In this document: piece by piece, positions 1-8,294 of the stretch
How positions within the stretch are numbered: position 1 is the first letter of the stretch
Layout: the number at the start of each line of letters is the position of its first letter
Assembly: GCA_018971305.1 (NCBI GenBank)
Contig: JAGXBC010000003.1
Span: 28,325 to 92,324, forward strand
From: Patescibacteria group bacterium
Lineage (GTDB): Bacteria; Patescibacteriota; Minisyncoccia; UBA6257; 2-01-FULL-56-20
Length of the DNA: 64,000 nucleotides
Direction: 5' to 3'
Notes under the pieces: model-generated
Seen by the model: the letters and a program-made list of their open reading frames with translations, nothing else
What the model was told of the DNA's origin: nothing
Database searches by the model: none
Program-made: the position numbers and the translations under genes

Positions 1-237
1 GCCCAGCTTATTGACGATGGCAAGTCGCATACTTTGGCACAGGCTTCTTCTGCGGAATTGGAGAAGTCTTCCAAGTTGCATAAAACCGGAGCAGCTGCTG
101 CTGTCGGAGAACTTTTGGCTAAGAAGGCCTCAAAATTAGGAATAAAGACCGCTGCCTTTGACCGCAGGGGTTATAAATACCATGGCCGGATCTCAGCCTT
201 AGCCGATGGAGCAAGAAAAGGAGGTCTTAAAATATAA
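1..237 (+). CDS. rplR: 50S ribosomal protein L18 (5'-truncated by window edge)
   Basis: Frame open from base 1: AQLIDD...[26 protein letters not shown], the L18 C-terminal signature; directly upstream of S5. Confidence 0.95.
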   Translation, partial: AQLIDDGKSHTLAQASSAELEKSSKLHKTGAAAAVGELLAKKASKLGIKTAAFDRRGYKYHGRISALADGARKGGLKI

Positions 238-247
238 AAAAATAAAT

Positions 248-709
248 ATGTTCCACCGAGAAAGAACAATTAAAAAAGACGAATTTAAAGATAAGGTTTT
301 GGACCTGCGCCGTGTTACGCGTGTTGTTGCGGGCGGCAAGCGTTTCCGTTTTAGGGTAACGATTGTTTTAGGAGACGAAAAAGGCAGGGTAGGCATCGGC
401 GTGGCTAAGGGTTTGGATGTTCAGCAATCCATTGCCAAAGCCAAGACCGCGGCAAAGAAGAATATCATTAAAATAAACCTCAAGGATCAGCGAACCATAG
501 CTCACGAAGTGTTTGCCAAATTCAGCGCTGCAAAAGTTATGCTTAAGCCTGCCCGCCAGGGTCATGGTTTAAGGGCTGGGGGCGCAGTCCGTTCAGTTTT
601 ATCTCTTTCCGGCATTAAAGATATAACGGCTAAATGTCTTGGCAGGACGCCGAATAAATTAACTAATGCCCTCGCCACGATAGAAGCTCTAAAAAAATTG
701 AAGGCCTAA
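248..709 (+). CDS. rpsE: 30S ribosomal protein S5
   Basis: RVTRVVAGGKRFRF...GRVGIGVAK...AGGAVRSVL; ATG 248 preferred over 206, which overlaps rplR. Confidence 0.96.
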   Translation: MFHRERTIKKDEFKDKVLDLRRVTRVVAGGKRFRFRVTIVLGDEKGRVGIGVAKGLDVQQSIAKAKTAAKKNIIKINLKDQRTIAHEVFAKFSAAKVMLKPARQGHGLRAGGAVRSVLSLSGIKDITAKCLGRTPNKLTNALATIEALKKLKA

Positions 710-713
710 AAAT

Positions 714-1151
714 ATGCAACTCCATCAACTCACAGTTAAAAACAGCAAGAGAAGCCAGCGTATCGGCCGTGGAGGTAAGCGCGGTACGACTTCAGGCCGC
801 GGACAAAAAGGGCAGAAGTCACGTTCCGGTCACAGAATGCGTCCTGCACAAAGGGACTTGATTTTGCGTTTGCCGAAAAAACGCGGCTTTAGAAATAAAG
901 AGAAGAGCGTAAAGCCGATAGTTGTAAATCTTGACCAACTGGAACTAAAATTAAAAAAACACGGAGGGGCAACGACGATTAATAAGGAATTTTTGCAAAA
1001 AGCCGGCATTCTTTCAGCCAATGAAAAAAACCTCAAGGTTAAGATCTTGGGAGACGGACAGGTGAGCACCCCGCTTAGATTTGAAGGCTTAATGGTTTCA
1101 AAAACCGCCAAGGAGAAGATAGAAAAAGCTGGCGGCACAGTAGTGTCTTAA
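714..1151 (+). CDS. rplO: 50S ribosomal protein L15
   Basis: RIGRGGKRGTTSGRGQKGQKSRSG...LPKKRGF...KILGDG...KIEKAGG. Confidence 0.96.
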   Translation: MQLHQLTVKNSKRSQRIGRGGKRGTTSGRGQKGQKSRSGHRMRPAQRDLILRLPKKRGFRNKEKSVKPIVVNLDQLELKLKKHGGATTINKEFLQKAGILSANEKNLKVKILGDGQVSTPLRFEGLMVSKTAKEKIEKAGGTVVS

Positions 1152-1164
1152 GCTTATAGTTGAT

Positions 1165-2436
1165 ATGAATAAATTCCTCCAGATATTCAAGGTTAAAGAT
1201 TTGCGCGATAAGATCCTCATCGTCGCCGGTCTTTTAATTGTCTACAGGCTGTTCGCTGCTATTCCTATACCGGGAGTGGATGCCGCGCGTTTGCAGAATT
1301 ATTTCAACTCCAACCAATTCCTCGGGTTTCTAAATTTTTTCTCCGGTGGCGGACTTTCTAATTTATCCATCGTCATGTTGGGAGTGGGTCCGTACATTAC
1401 TGCCACGATTATCATGCAGCTCCTTACTATTATATTCCCTAAATTTAAGGAAATGTATTACGAAGAGGGTGCTCGCGGACAGGCCAAGTTTAATCAATAT
1501 TCACGGCTGATAACCGTGCCATTGGCTGTTGTTCAGGCCTACGGATTTCTTACTCTGCTTATCTCTCAGAACGTCATTGACCGGCCGGATCTTTTTAGTA
1601 TGATCCGTAACGTTCTTGTCATAACTGCCGGTTCTATGCTTGCTTTATGGCTTGGTGAACTTATCAGCGAACAAAAGGTTGGCAACGGAATTTCATTTAT
1701 AATCTTGGCTGGTATTGTGGCGCGATTGCCTTCAAGCATCGGCCTGGCTCTTGCCTCTTATACCCCGGGGCTTTTAACCACCTATCTGGGATTCATAATT
1801 ATTGCCGTGCTTTTGGTAGCCGGCGTGGTCTATTTGAACGAAGGTGAGAGGAAAATACCTGTGGCCTACGCAAGGCGGGTAAGAGGGATGAAAATGTACG
1901 GCGGTGCCCAGAGCTATTTGCCGCTTAAAGTTAACCAGGCGGGAATGATACCGCTTATTTTCGCCATCTCCGTTCTGTTATTCCCGCAATTTATCGCACA
2001 GGCGACATCTCTTATATCTCCAAGTTTAGCTCTGAAGGTAAATGGCTTGGTAGCTGGATTTTTGAACAATCAGTTGTATTACGGAATTTTCTATTTCGCC
2101 TTGGTTTTTATTTTCACCTACTTCTATACGGCAATTACCTTTAACCCCGAAGAGGTTTCCAGAAATCTTCAGAAAGGCGGCGGTTTCGTTCCCGGTATCC
2201 GGCCTGGTGAAGCGACCACCGAGTTTTTTTCCGGAATTGTGAATAGAATTACTTTCTGGGGCGCAATGTTTCTTGGATTGATTGCTGTTCTCCCGCTTCT
2301 TGTCCAACGTTTGACCGGCGTTCAAGTTCTGAACATTTCCGGCACAGCCCTTTTAATTGTCGTTGCCGTTGCCCTGGAAATTATGCGCGCCGTTGATTCG
2401 CAGCTGACGGTTAGGGAATACGAGGGCATTGAATAG
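1165..2436 (+). CDS. secY: Preprotein translocase subunit SecY
   Basis: Multi-TM protein; LGVGPYITATIIMQLL, GNGISFII, PLKVNQAGMIPLIFA, VPGIRPG motifs; follows rplO. Confidence 0.97.
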   Translation: MNKFLQIFKVKDLRDKILIVAGLLIVYRLFAAIPIPGVDAARLQNYFNSNQFLGFLNFFSGGGLSNLSIVMLGVGPYITATIIMQLLTIIFPKFKEMYYEEGARGQAKFNQYSRLITVPLAVVQAYGFLTLLISQNVIDRPDLFSMIRNVLVITAGSMLALWLGELISEQKVGNGISFIILAGIVARLPSSIGLALASYTPGLLTTYLGFIIIAVLLVAGVVYLNEGERKIPVAYARRVRGMKMYGGAQSYLPLKVNQAGMIPLIFAISVLLFPQFIAQATSLISPSLALKVNGLVAGFLNNQLYYGIFYFALVFIFTYFYTAITFNPEEVSRNLQKGGGFVPGIRPGEATTEFFSGIVNRITFWGAMFLGLIAVLPLLVQRLTGVQVLNISGTALLIVVAVALEIMRAVDSQLTVREYEGIE

Positions 2437-2484
2437 TATTTACTTTTTGGAATTTTACCCCACACGGTTTCTCGGAAAATAAGA

Positions 2485-2506
2485 CCCGCCATAAAAATAA
2501 GGCGGG
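2485..2506. terminator. Stem-loop between convergent secY and orphan ORF
   Basis: CCCGCC-N10-GGCGGG. Confidence 0.5.
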
Positions 2507-2520
2507 CTAAGAATTAGGCT

Positions 2521-2847
2521 TCAAAAACAAAAACGAAAAATATCTTTTTCTGCCGTATCAAGATGTTGTTTTGTTGCATCAACCAATTCTTTAAGGGTTG
2601 CGCCCTCGGCAAATGCTGTGTTATAAATCTTCCGTTGGTCAAAGCTGTAATGCGAGTGTACCGATGTAAAGTAACCGTCAGTCAGTTCAAATATTGCCAG
2701 AAACGTTATGTGGTCACTATATTCAAGTCCACCGGACTGGACCGTTCGTTTGATTAAATTCCTTTCAAATGGTGCCGATTGTAAAATCGCAGCCAAAAAT
2801 CTATCTCCATCCTTGCCAGGTAGGCCGTCGTAAGTAGTTAGAAACAT
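2521..2847 (-). CDS. Hypothetical protein (orphan between secY and adk)
   Basis: 108-aa ORF preceded by GGAGAGG SD-like sequence; no recognised motif. Confidence 0.55.
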   Translation of the reverse strand: MFLTTYDGLPGKDGDRFLAAILQSAPFERNLIKRTVQSGGLEYSDHITFLAIFELTDGYFTSVHSHYSFDQRKIYNTAFAEGATLKELVDATKQHLDTAEKDIFRFCF

Positions 2848-2932
2848 AGTTTACCTCTCCTTGCAACGAATTGGTTTTCTACACCTCAATATATATGGAC
2901 TTTTATGATGTGTCAATGTTATTATTAACGGT

Positions 2933-3667
2933 ATGAAAAAATCTGCCATCATACTTTACGGTCCGCCGGGGTCGGGGAAAGGTACGCAGGCAAATCTTTT
3001 GGCCGGGAAATTGAACCTGATACATTTTGATTCCGGAAAGTTTCTTGAGGCCGTGGTACACGACCCTTTGCGCCAGAAGGAGAAATTTATTCAGAAAGAG
3101 AGGGAATTATTTGACACGGGGAAATTGCTGACCCCCAGTTTTGTTTTTAAAGAAGCTGCCAGAGCAGTAACAAAAATAGCCAAAGGCGGATTGGGTGTGG
3201 TTTTTAGCGGTGCGCCTCGCACCGTTTACGAGGCCAAAGGATTGATGCCCATACTTGAGCGCCTATATGGCAAGAAGAATATTTTTGTTTTTGAATTCAA
3301 GCTTCCACCAAATCATTCCGTGAAAAGAAACAGCACCCGTATGATATGCAGGTCGTGCGGTTATATGTTGCTCAATGCATATTATCCGAAAGTGAGAGCT
3401 AAGCATTGTCCGGTTTGCGGCGGGAATTTTTATAAGAGAACCCTCGATAATCCGAAGGTGATCAAGGTCAGGCTTAAAGAATATAAAGAAAGGACAATGC
3501 CGGCATTTACCTTGTTGCGTAAAATGGGATATAAAATCCATGCCATTGACGCCAAGATGGCTCCTTATAAGGTCTTGCACAAAGTTGTGAGCAATATTTT
3601 CCTGAGCGAGAAGAAGAAAGGGTTCATTGCTCCGGATAGCATTAATTTCTATCAGTTTTTGTTCTGA
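2933..3667 (+). CDS. adk: Adenylate kinase (Zn-binding LID)
   Basis: P-loop GPPGSGKGTQA; LID CRSC...CPVC; upstream of map. Confidence 0.9.
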   Translation: MKKSAIILYGPPGSGKGTQANLLAGKLNLIHFDSGKFLEAVVHDPLRQKEKFIQKERELFDTGKLLTPSFVFKEAARAVTKIAKGGLGVVFSGAPRTVYEAKGLMPILERLYGKKNIFVFEFKLPPNHSVKRNSTRMICRSCGYMLLNAYYPKVRAKHCPVCGGNFYKRTLDNPKVIKVRLKEYKERTMPAFTLLRKMGYKIHAIDAKMAPYKVLHKVVSNIFLSEKKKGFIAPDSINFYQFLF

Positions 3668-4431
3668 TGGGTTCTAATCTAAAAACCGAGGAGGAGATCA
3701 AAATAATGGCGGAGGCCGGCAGGAGATTGGCCCATGTTTTGCAGGTATTAAAGGAAGAAACCTCGCCGGGAATCACAACTGCTTACCTGGACCAGCTGGC
3801 GTTTAGATTAATCGGACAAGCGGATGCTAAACCGGCATTTTTGGGATATAAACCGGAGGGTGCCTCTAGGGCATATCCATATACCCTTTGTGCTTCTATA
3901 AACGAAGTTGTAGTTCATGGCCAGCCATCGGATTATATTATTCAAGATGGCGATTTAGTGAAGCTTGATCTCGGCCTGAAATTTAAAGGATTTTATGTTG
4001 ATTCGGCAGTGACCGTCGGCGTTGGTCGCATCGGACGGGAGGCAAAGAAACTGATTGAAGCAACAGAGGAATCGCTCGGTCTTGCTATTGAAGAAGCCCA
4101 TATCGGGAACACAATCGGGGACATCGGCCACACGGTTGAAAAATATATCACGGGCAAAAAATTCTCTGTTGTTAGATCGCTTACCGGCCACGGTATCGGC
4201 AGGCATTTGCACGAAGATCCGCAGGTTTTGAATTTCGGTAAGCCGGGCGGTGGAGAAGATATTGAAGTTGGCATGGTTTTGGCCATTGAGCCGATGGTGA
4301 CAATGGGTTCCGGTAGAACGGATACTTTGCCGGATGACAGCTTTATAACTGCCGACGGGTCGCTCGCGGCGCATTTTGAACATACGGTAGCGATAACAGA
4401 GGACGGGCCGATAGTGTTGACAAGGTTATAA
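3667..4431 (+). CDS. map: Methionine aminopeptidase type I
   Basis: SINEVVVHG, GHGIGRHLHEDP, AIEPM, AAHFEHT. Confidence 0.96.
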   Translation: MGSNLKTEEEIKIMAEAGRRLAHVLQVLKEETSPGITTAYLDQLAFRLIGQADAKPAFLGYKPEGASRAYPYTLCASINEVVVHGQPSDYIIQDGDLVKLDLGLKFKGFYVDSAVTVGVGRIGREAKKLIEATEESLGLAIEEAHIGNTIGDIGHTVEKYITGKKFSVVRSLTGHGIGRHLHEDPQVLNFGKPGGGEDIEVGMVLAIEPMVTMGSGRTDTLPDDSFITADGSLAAHFEHTVAITEDGPIVLTRL

Positions 4432-4488
4432 TTATATTCTATTTTATAGCTAGATAATATTTTTTCAGATTCTTAAAATAGGGAGGAC

Positions 4489-4923
4489 GTGATGAAAACA
4501 GGAATTTTTTCTGCTCTAGTTAGGGTGTTTCTGACCCCATTCTTGTATATTTGGTTGCGTCTTAAAATGTGTTACTACGGAGTTTTTTTCGATGAAATTT
4601 CATGTGCCACGAAATCCAAGAAATCGAATCGAATCACGATTATCAATTTATTGCGATTTCGCCGTTGCGATAAGGAAATAACCTACGAAAGAGTATGGAA
4701 AATCGTGTCTATACTGGGAAGATTTGCTTCCTGGGATGAAGTTGAAATTCTGGAAAAATCCGGCCGCTTGCCAAAAGATACTTATTCTGGAGTAGAAACT
4801 ATTAGGTTTCCGGTCGTAACGCACTATGACGTTGAGACCTGGGGTAAGATTGGACCCATTAGCCCGCTTTGGTATGGAATAGCGTGGCCGTGCGAAACAC
4901 GATTTGCTGTTGTTGTGAGATGA
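4489..4923 (+). CDS. Hypothetical protein
   Basis: 144-aa ORF; AGGGAGG SD before GTG; hairpin and T-run downstream (~4948-4975). Confidence 0.55.
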   Translation: MMKTGIFSALVRVFLTPFLYIWLRLKMCYYGVFFDEISCATKSKKSNRITIINLLRFRRCDKEITYERVWKIVSILGRFASWDEVEILEKSGRLPKDTYSGVETIRFPVVTHYDVETWGKIGPISPLWYGIAWPCETRFAVVVR

Positions 4924-5025
4924 GTATATGTTGGGTAAAACAGTTAAGACCGCTAGAATTTTAGCGGCCTTTTTGTTTTGTGTTATAATTTTTTTACTAC
5001 ATCCTACCATCTAACTTCTATTTTT

Positions 5026-5781
5026 ATGGCCCAACCATTTCTTTCCATAATTATCCCTGCCTATAACGAAGCCGAGCGCATACCTCATACGCTTATTGAT
5101 ATGGATAAAATTTTGAGCCGTTCCGAATATTCCTACGAGATTATGGTTATGAACGACGGTTCCACTGATAATACCGCGGAGATCGTTCGCAATATGGAAC
5201 ATGCCATCAAGAATCTGAAACTTATAGATAATTCGGAAAATAAAGGCAAGGGTGGTGTGGTGAGACAGGGAATGCTTCTTGCGCGCGGTAAATATCGTTT
5301 ATTTACAGACGCCGACAATTCCACTTCTGTTGATCACTTTAACGCCATGGTGCCTTTGTTCAAAGAAGGCTGTGATATTGTGATTTGCGATAGGGCATTG
5401 AAAGGAAGCAAGCTGGAACCGGCAGAGCCGATTTGGCGGCAAATTCCCGGTAAGCTCGGTAACTTGGTGATTCAGGCGCTTCTTCTGCCGGGAATTTGGG
5501 ATACGCAGTGCGGTTTTAAGGCCTTCACGGACGAAGCGGCCGAAAAAATATTTATGCAGAGCAAAATAAGCGGCTGGGGATTCGACGTAGAAATTTTGGC
5601 TTTGGCCAAGAAATTCGGCTATAAAATCAAAGAAATACCGGTTCATTGGGTAAATGCTGCCGGTTCCAAGCTTAAGCTATCGGCCTACTTGAAAGTTTTG
5701 CTGGAAACGTTTAAAATTCGCTGGTGGCTTTGGACTGGTGCTTATGGAATTAGCCAAGAGTCAACGAGCAATAGCCGATAA
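5026..5781 (+). CDS. GT2 glycosyltransferase (dolichyl/undecaprenyl-phosphate glucosyltransferase-like)
   Basis: SIIIPAYNE, NDGSTD, GKGG, FTDAD, DTQCGFK, GWGFDVEIL. Confidence 0.9.
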   Translation: MAQPFLSIIIPAYNEAERIPHTLIDMDKILSRSEYSYEIMVMNDGSTDNTAEIVRNMEHAIKNLKLIDNSENKGKGGVVRQGMLLARGKYRLFTDADNSTSVDHFNAMVPLFKEGCDIVICDRALKGSKLEPAEPIWRQIPGKLGNLVIQALLLPGIWDTQCGFKAFTDEAAEKIFMQSKISGWGFDVEILALAKKFGYKIKEIPVHWVNAAGSKLKLSAYLKVLLETFKIRWWLWTGAYGISQESTSNSR

Positions 5782-5835
5782 ATAAGATACTAGTTCCGGC
5801 AGCTTGCTGTTTTGCAAGCGGCCATTTATAAAATA

Positions 5836-6294
5836 ATGGACAAATATTATCTAACAAAAGAACGCCTTGAAGAACTCAAGGTTGAGCTTGAAGGGCTCAA
5901 AAATGGGAAACGCCAGGAGGTTGCCGAGAAACTGAAGCATTCTAAGGAATACGGCGACCTTTCGGAAAATTCCGAATACGCCGAGGCGCGTGAAGAACAA
6001 GCGGTAGTGGAAAGCCGCATTTTTGAATTGGACGACCTTCTCAAAAAAGCTGTTATCATCAAAAAATCCGAGAGCGGAGATAAGATTGCCGTCGGTTCTT
6101 TGGTGACCGTCAAAAAGGGAGAAAAAATATTTGAGTATTCTCTCGTTGGTTCATACGAGGCGAAACCGGAGGAGGGAAAGATTTCCGACGAATCGCCATT
6201 GGGGCGCGCGTTCTTGGGGAAAAAAGTAGGGGACGATGTTACAGTAAAAACCCCTGCCGGGGAGGCAACATATCAGATTACGAAAATCGAATAG
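5836..6294 (+). CDS. greA: Transcription elongation factor GreA
   Basis: GDLSENSEY...AREEQ, ISDESPLGRAFLGKKVGD. Confidence 0.96.
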   Translation: MDKYYLTKERLEELKVELEGLKNGKRQEVAEKLKHSKEYGDLSENSEYAEAREEQAVVESRIFELDDLLKKAVIIKKSESGDKIAVGSLVTVKKGEKIFEYSLVGSYEAKPEEGKISDESPLGRAFLGKKVGDDVTVKTPAGEATYQITKIE

Positions 6295-6305
6295 CTATCT
6301 GCTAG

Positions 6306-6329
6306 AATCCGCGCTTGGACGCGGATTTT
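6306..6329 (+). terminator. Rho-independent terminator after greA
   Basis: AATCCGCG-CTTGGA-CGCGGATT followed by TT. Confidence 0.6.
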
Positions 6330-6364
6330 GAATTTTACAGTTAATTAGGCATAATTTATATGTT

Positions 6365-7813
6365 ATGCTTGACGACCTTATCGCCGAAAGGCGGAAAAAA
6401 TTGGAGAAGATAAAAGAAGCCGGACTTAATGCTTATCCGTCTTCTTCGGAGCGGACTATGGCGATCGCCGAGGCGCGAGAGAAATTCGCCGCACTTGAAA
6501 AAAGCGGCAAGAAGATTTCGCTTGCCGGGCGGCTTACTGCTATGCGCGACCAGGGCAATATTGTTTTTCTTGACCTTGCGGACGAAAGCGGAAAACTTCA
6601 GCTTGTTTTTAAAAAAGACTCTCTGCCGAATCTGGATTTTTATAGATCTGTTTTGGATATAGGTGATTTTGTCTCGGCAAGCGGCGTGCTTTTTAAAACC
6701 AAGAAAGGCGAGGAAAGTTTGGAAGCCAAAGACGTTAGGATCCTAGCCAAAGCAATCAGGCCTTTACCCAGCGAATGGTACGGCTTGGCCGACACCGAAG
6801 ACCGTCTGCGTGAGCGTTATCTGGACTTGCTTATAAACGAAGGAACGAAAGACATTTTCCGGAAGAAGGCGATTTTTTGGAAGACCTTCAGAGATTTTTT
6901 GGAAAAGGAAGGATTTTTGGAGGTGCAGTTGCCGGTTTTGGAATCGGTTCCGGGGGGTGCGGAAGCGGAACCGTTTAAAACTCACCACAACGCCTTGGAC
7001 ACGGATTTTTATTTGCGCATATCGCTGGAGTTGCCGCTTAAAAAGCTTTTGGTCGGTGGATTCGAAAAGGTTTTTGAAATAGGCCGGGTTTTCAGGAACG
7101 AAGGCATAGACAAGGAACACTTACAGGACTACACGCAGCTGGAATTTTATTGGGCTTATAGTGACTACAACGAACTGATGGTTTTCGTGGAGAAAATGTA
7201 TAAAGAAGTTATTAAGGCAACTTGCGGAACATTAAAAACCAAGTTTGGAGACAAAGAAATTGACTGGAGTAAAAAGTGGCCGAAGATTGATTATGTAGAA
7301 GCTTTCAAGAAGGCCAATGGATTGGATGCGACAGAAGCTTCGCGCGATGCGCTGTTAAAAAAAGCCAAGGAATTGAAGCTAGAGGTAGAGAAGAATGCCG
7401 GCAAGGGACGGCTAATAGATCTCATCTATAAAAAAACCGTGCGGCCGAATCTGGTTCAGCCCTGTTTCCTTATCAATCCTCCGGTAGAGATAGAACCTCT
7501 TGCTAAGCGTAAGGAAGGCAACCCGAAAGTCGTGGAGAGGATGCAGGTGATGGCCGGTGGTACCGAATTGGGCAAAGGATTTTCGGAATTGAACGACCCG
7601 GCTGACCAGCGCGCGCGCTTTGAGGAACAGGAAAAAGCCCGAGCGGCAGGGGATAAAGAGGCGCAGAGATTGGACGAAGATTTCGTGGAGGCGTTGGAAT
7701 ACGGCATGCCCCCTGCAGCAGGCTTCGGCGTTTCCGAGCGTTTGTTCTCTGTGCTTATGGATAAACCGGTTCGCGAAACCGTTATTTTCCCATTGATGCG
7801 TCCGAAGAAATGA
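6365..7813 (+). CDS. lysS: Lysine--tRNA ligase (class II)
   Basis: LRISLELPLKKLLVGG, FEIGRVFRNEG, FSELNDP, ALEYGMPP. Confidence 0.97.
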   Translation: MLDDLIAERRKKLEKIKEAGLNAYPSSSERTMAIAEAREKFAALEKSGKKISLAGRLTAMRDQGNIVFLDLADESGKLQLVFKKDSLPNLDFYRSVLDIGDFVSASGVLFKTKKGEESLEAKDVRILAKAIRPLPSEWYGLADTEDRLRERYLDLLINEGTKDIFRKKAIFWKTFRDFLEKEGFLEVQLPVLESVPGGAEAEPFKTHHNALDTDFYLRISLELPLKKLLVGGFEKVFEIGRVFRNEGIDKEHLQDYTQLEFYWAYSDYNELMVFVEKMYKEVIKATCGTLKTKFGDKEIDWSKKWPKIDYVEAFKKANGLDATEASRDALLKKAKELKLEVEKNAGKGRLIDLIYKKTVRPNLVQPCFLINPPVEIEPLAKRKEGNPKVVERMQVMAGGTELGKGFSELNDPADQRARFEEQEKARAAGDKEAQRLDEDFVEALEYGMPPAAGFGVSERLFSVLMDKPVRETVIFPLMRPKK

Positions 7814-8217
7814 AGAAAGTTTTAGTATTCGGTGTTTTTGATGGTGTGCACGAAGGCCATCGGTCCTTTTTTAAGGAAGCGAAAACGCACGGTGACTACT
7901 TGATTGCCGCCATTGCTCAAGACCATATTGTTGAGCACTTAAAAGGCCGCTTACCGCAGACGAATTTGGCAGACCGTATTGCCGACCTGCAGGCAGAAGA
8001 CGGTGTTGACCAGGTTGTTTTGGGTGATTCCGAAATAGGCACTTACGAAGTTGTCAAAAAATACCGTCCGGAAGTTATCGCTCTCGGCTATGACCAAGAA
8101 GCCTTAAAAGATGATTTGGAAAGCCATAAAAAAGAATTTGACTGGAAGCCGAAGATTGTTGTGCTTAACTCCTACGAGCCGAATAAATATAAGAGCAGTC
8201 TAATTAATAGAAAGTAG
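7810..8217 (+). CDS. Cytidylyltransferase-family protein (RibL/FAD synthetase-like)
   Basis: GVFDGVHEGH (HxGH) and LGYDQ motifs. Confidence 0.8.
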   Translation: MKKVLVFGVFDGVHEGHRSFFKEAKTHGDYLIAAIAQDHIVEHLKGRLPQTNLADRIADLQAEDGVDQVVLGDSEIGTYEVVKKYRPEVIALGYDQEALKDDLESHKKEFDWKPKIVVLNSYEPNKYKSSLINRK

Positions 8218-8293
8218 AAAACAGCAAGTAGAAAGTAGAATTTCTGGAGCCAACACTATTCTATTTTCTAATTTCTAGATTCTATTTTCTATT
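8206..8293. repeat. Inverted heptamer array (NNTAGAA x5 / TTCTANN x5)
   Basis: AATAGAA AGTAGAA AACAGCA AGTAGAA AGTAGAA - 18 nt - TTCTATT TTCTAAT TTCTAGA TTCTATT TTCTATT. Confidence 0.85.
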
Positions 8294-8294
8294 T

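Noticed and set aside
5750-5792. Possible degenerate 7-nt periodicity at the end of the GT2 gene (weak cases also at 37929-37957 and ~47330)
   Set aside because: Too degenerate to separate from chance without a statistical test
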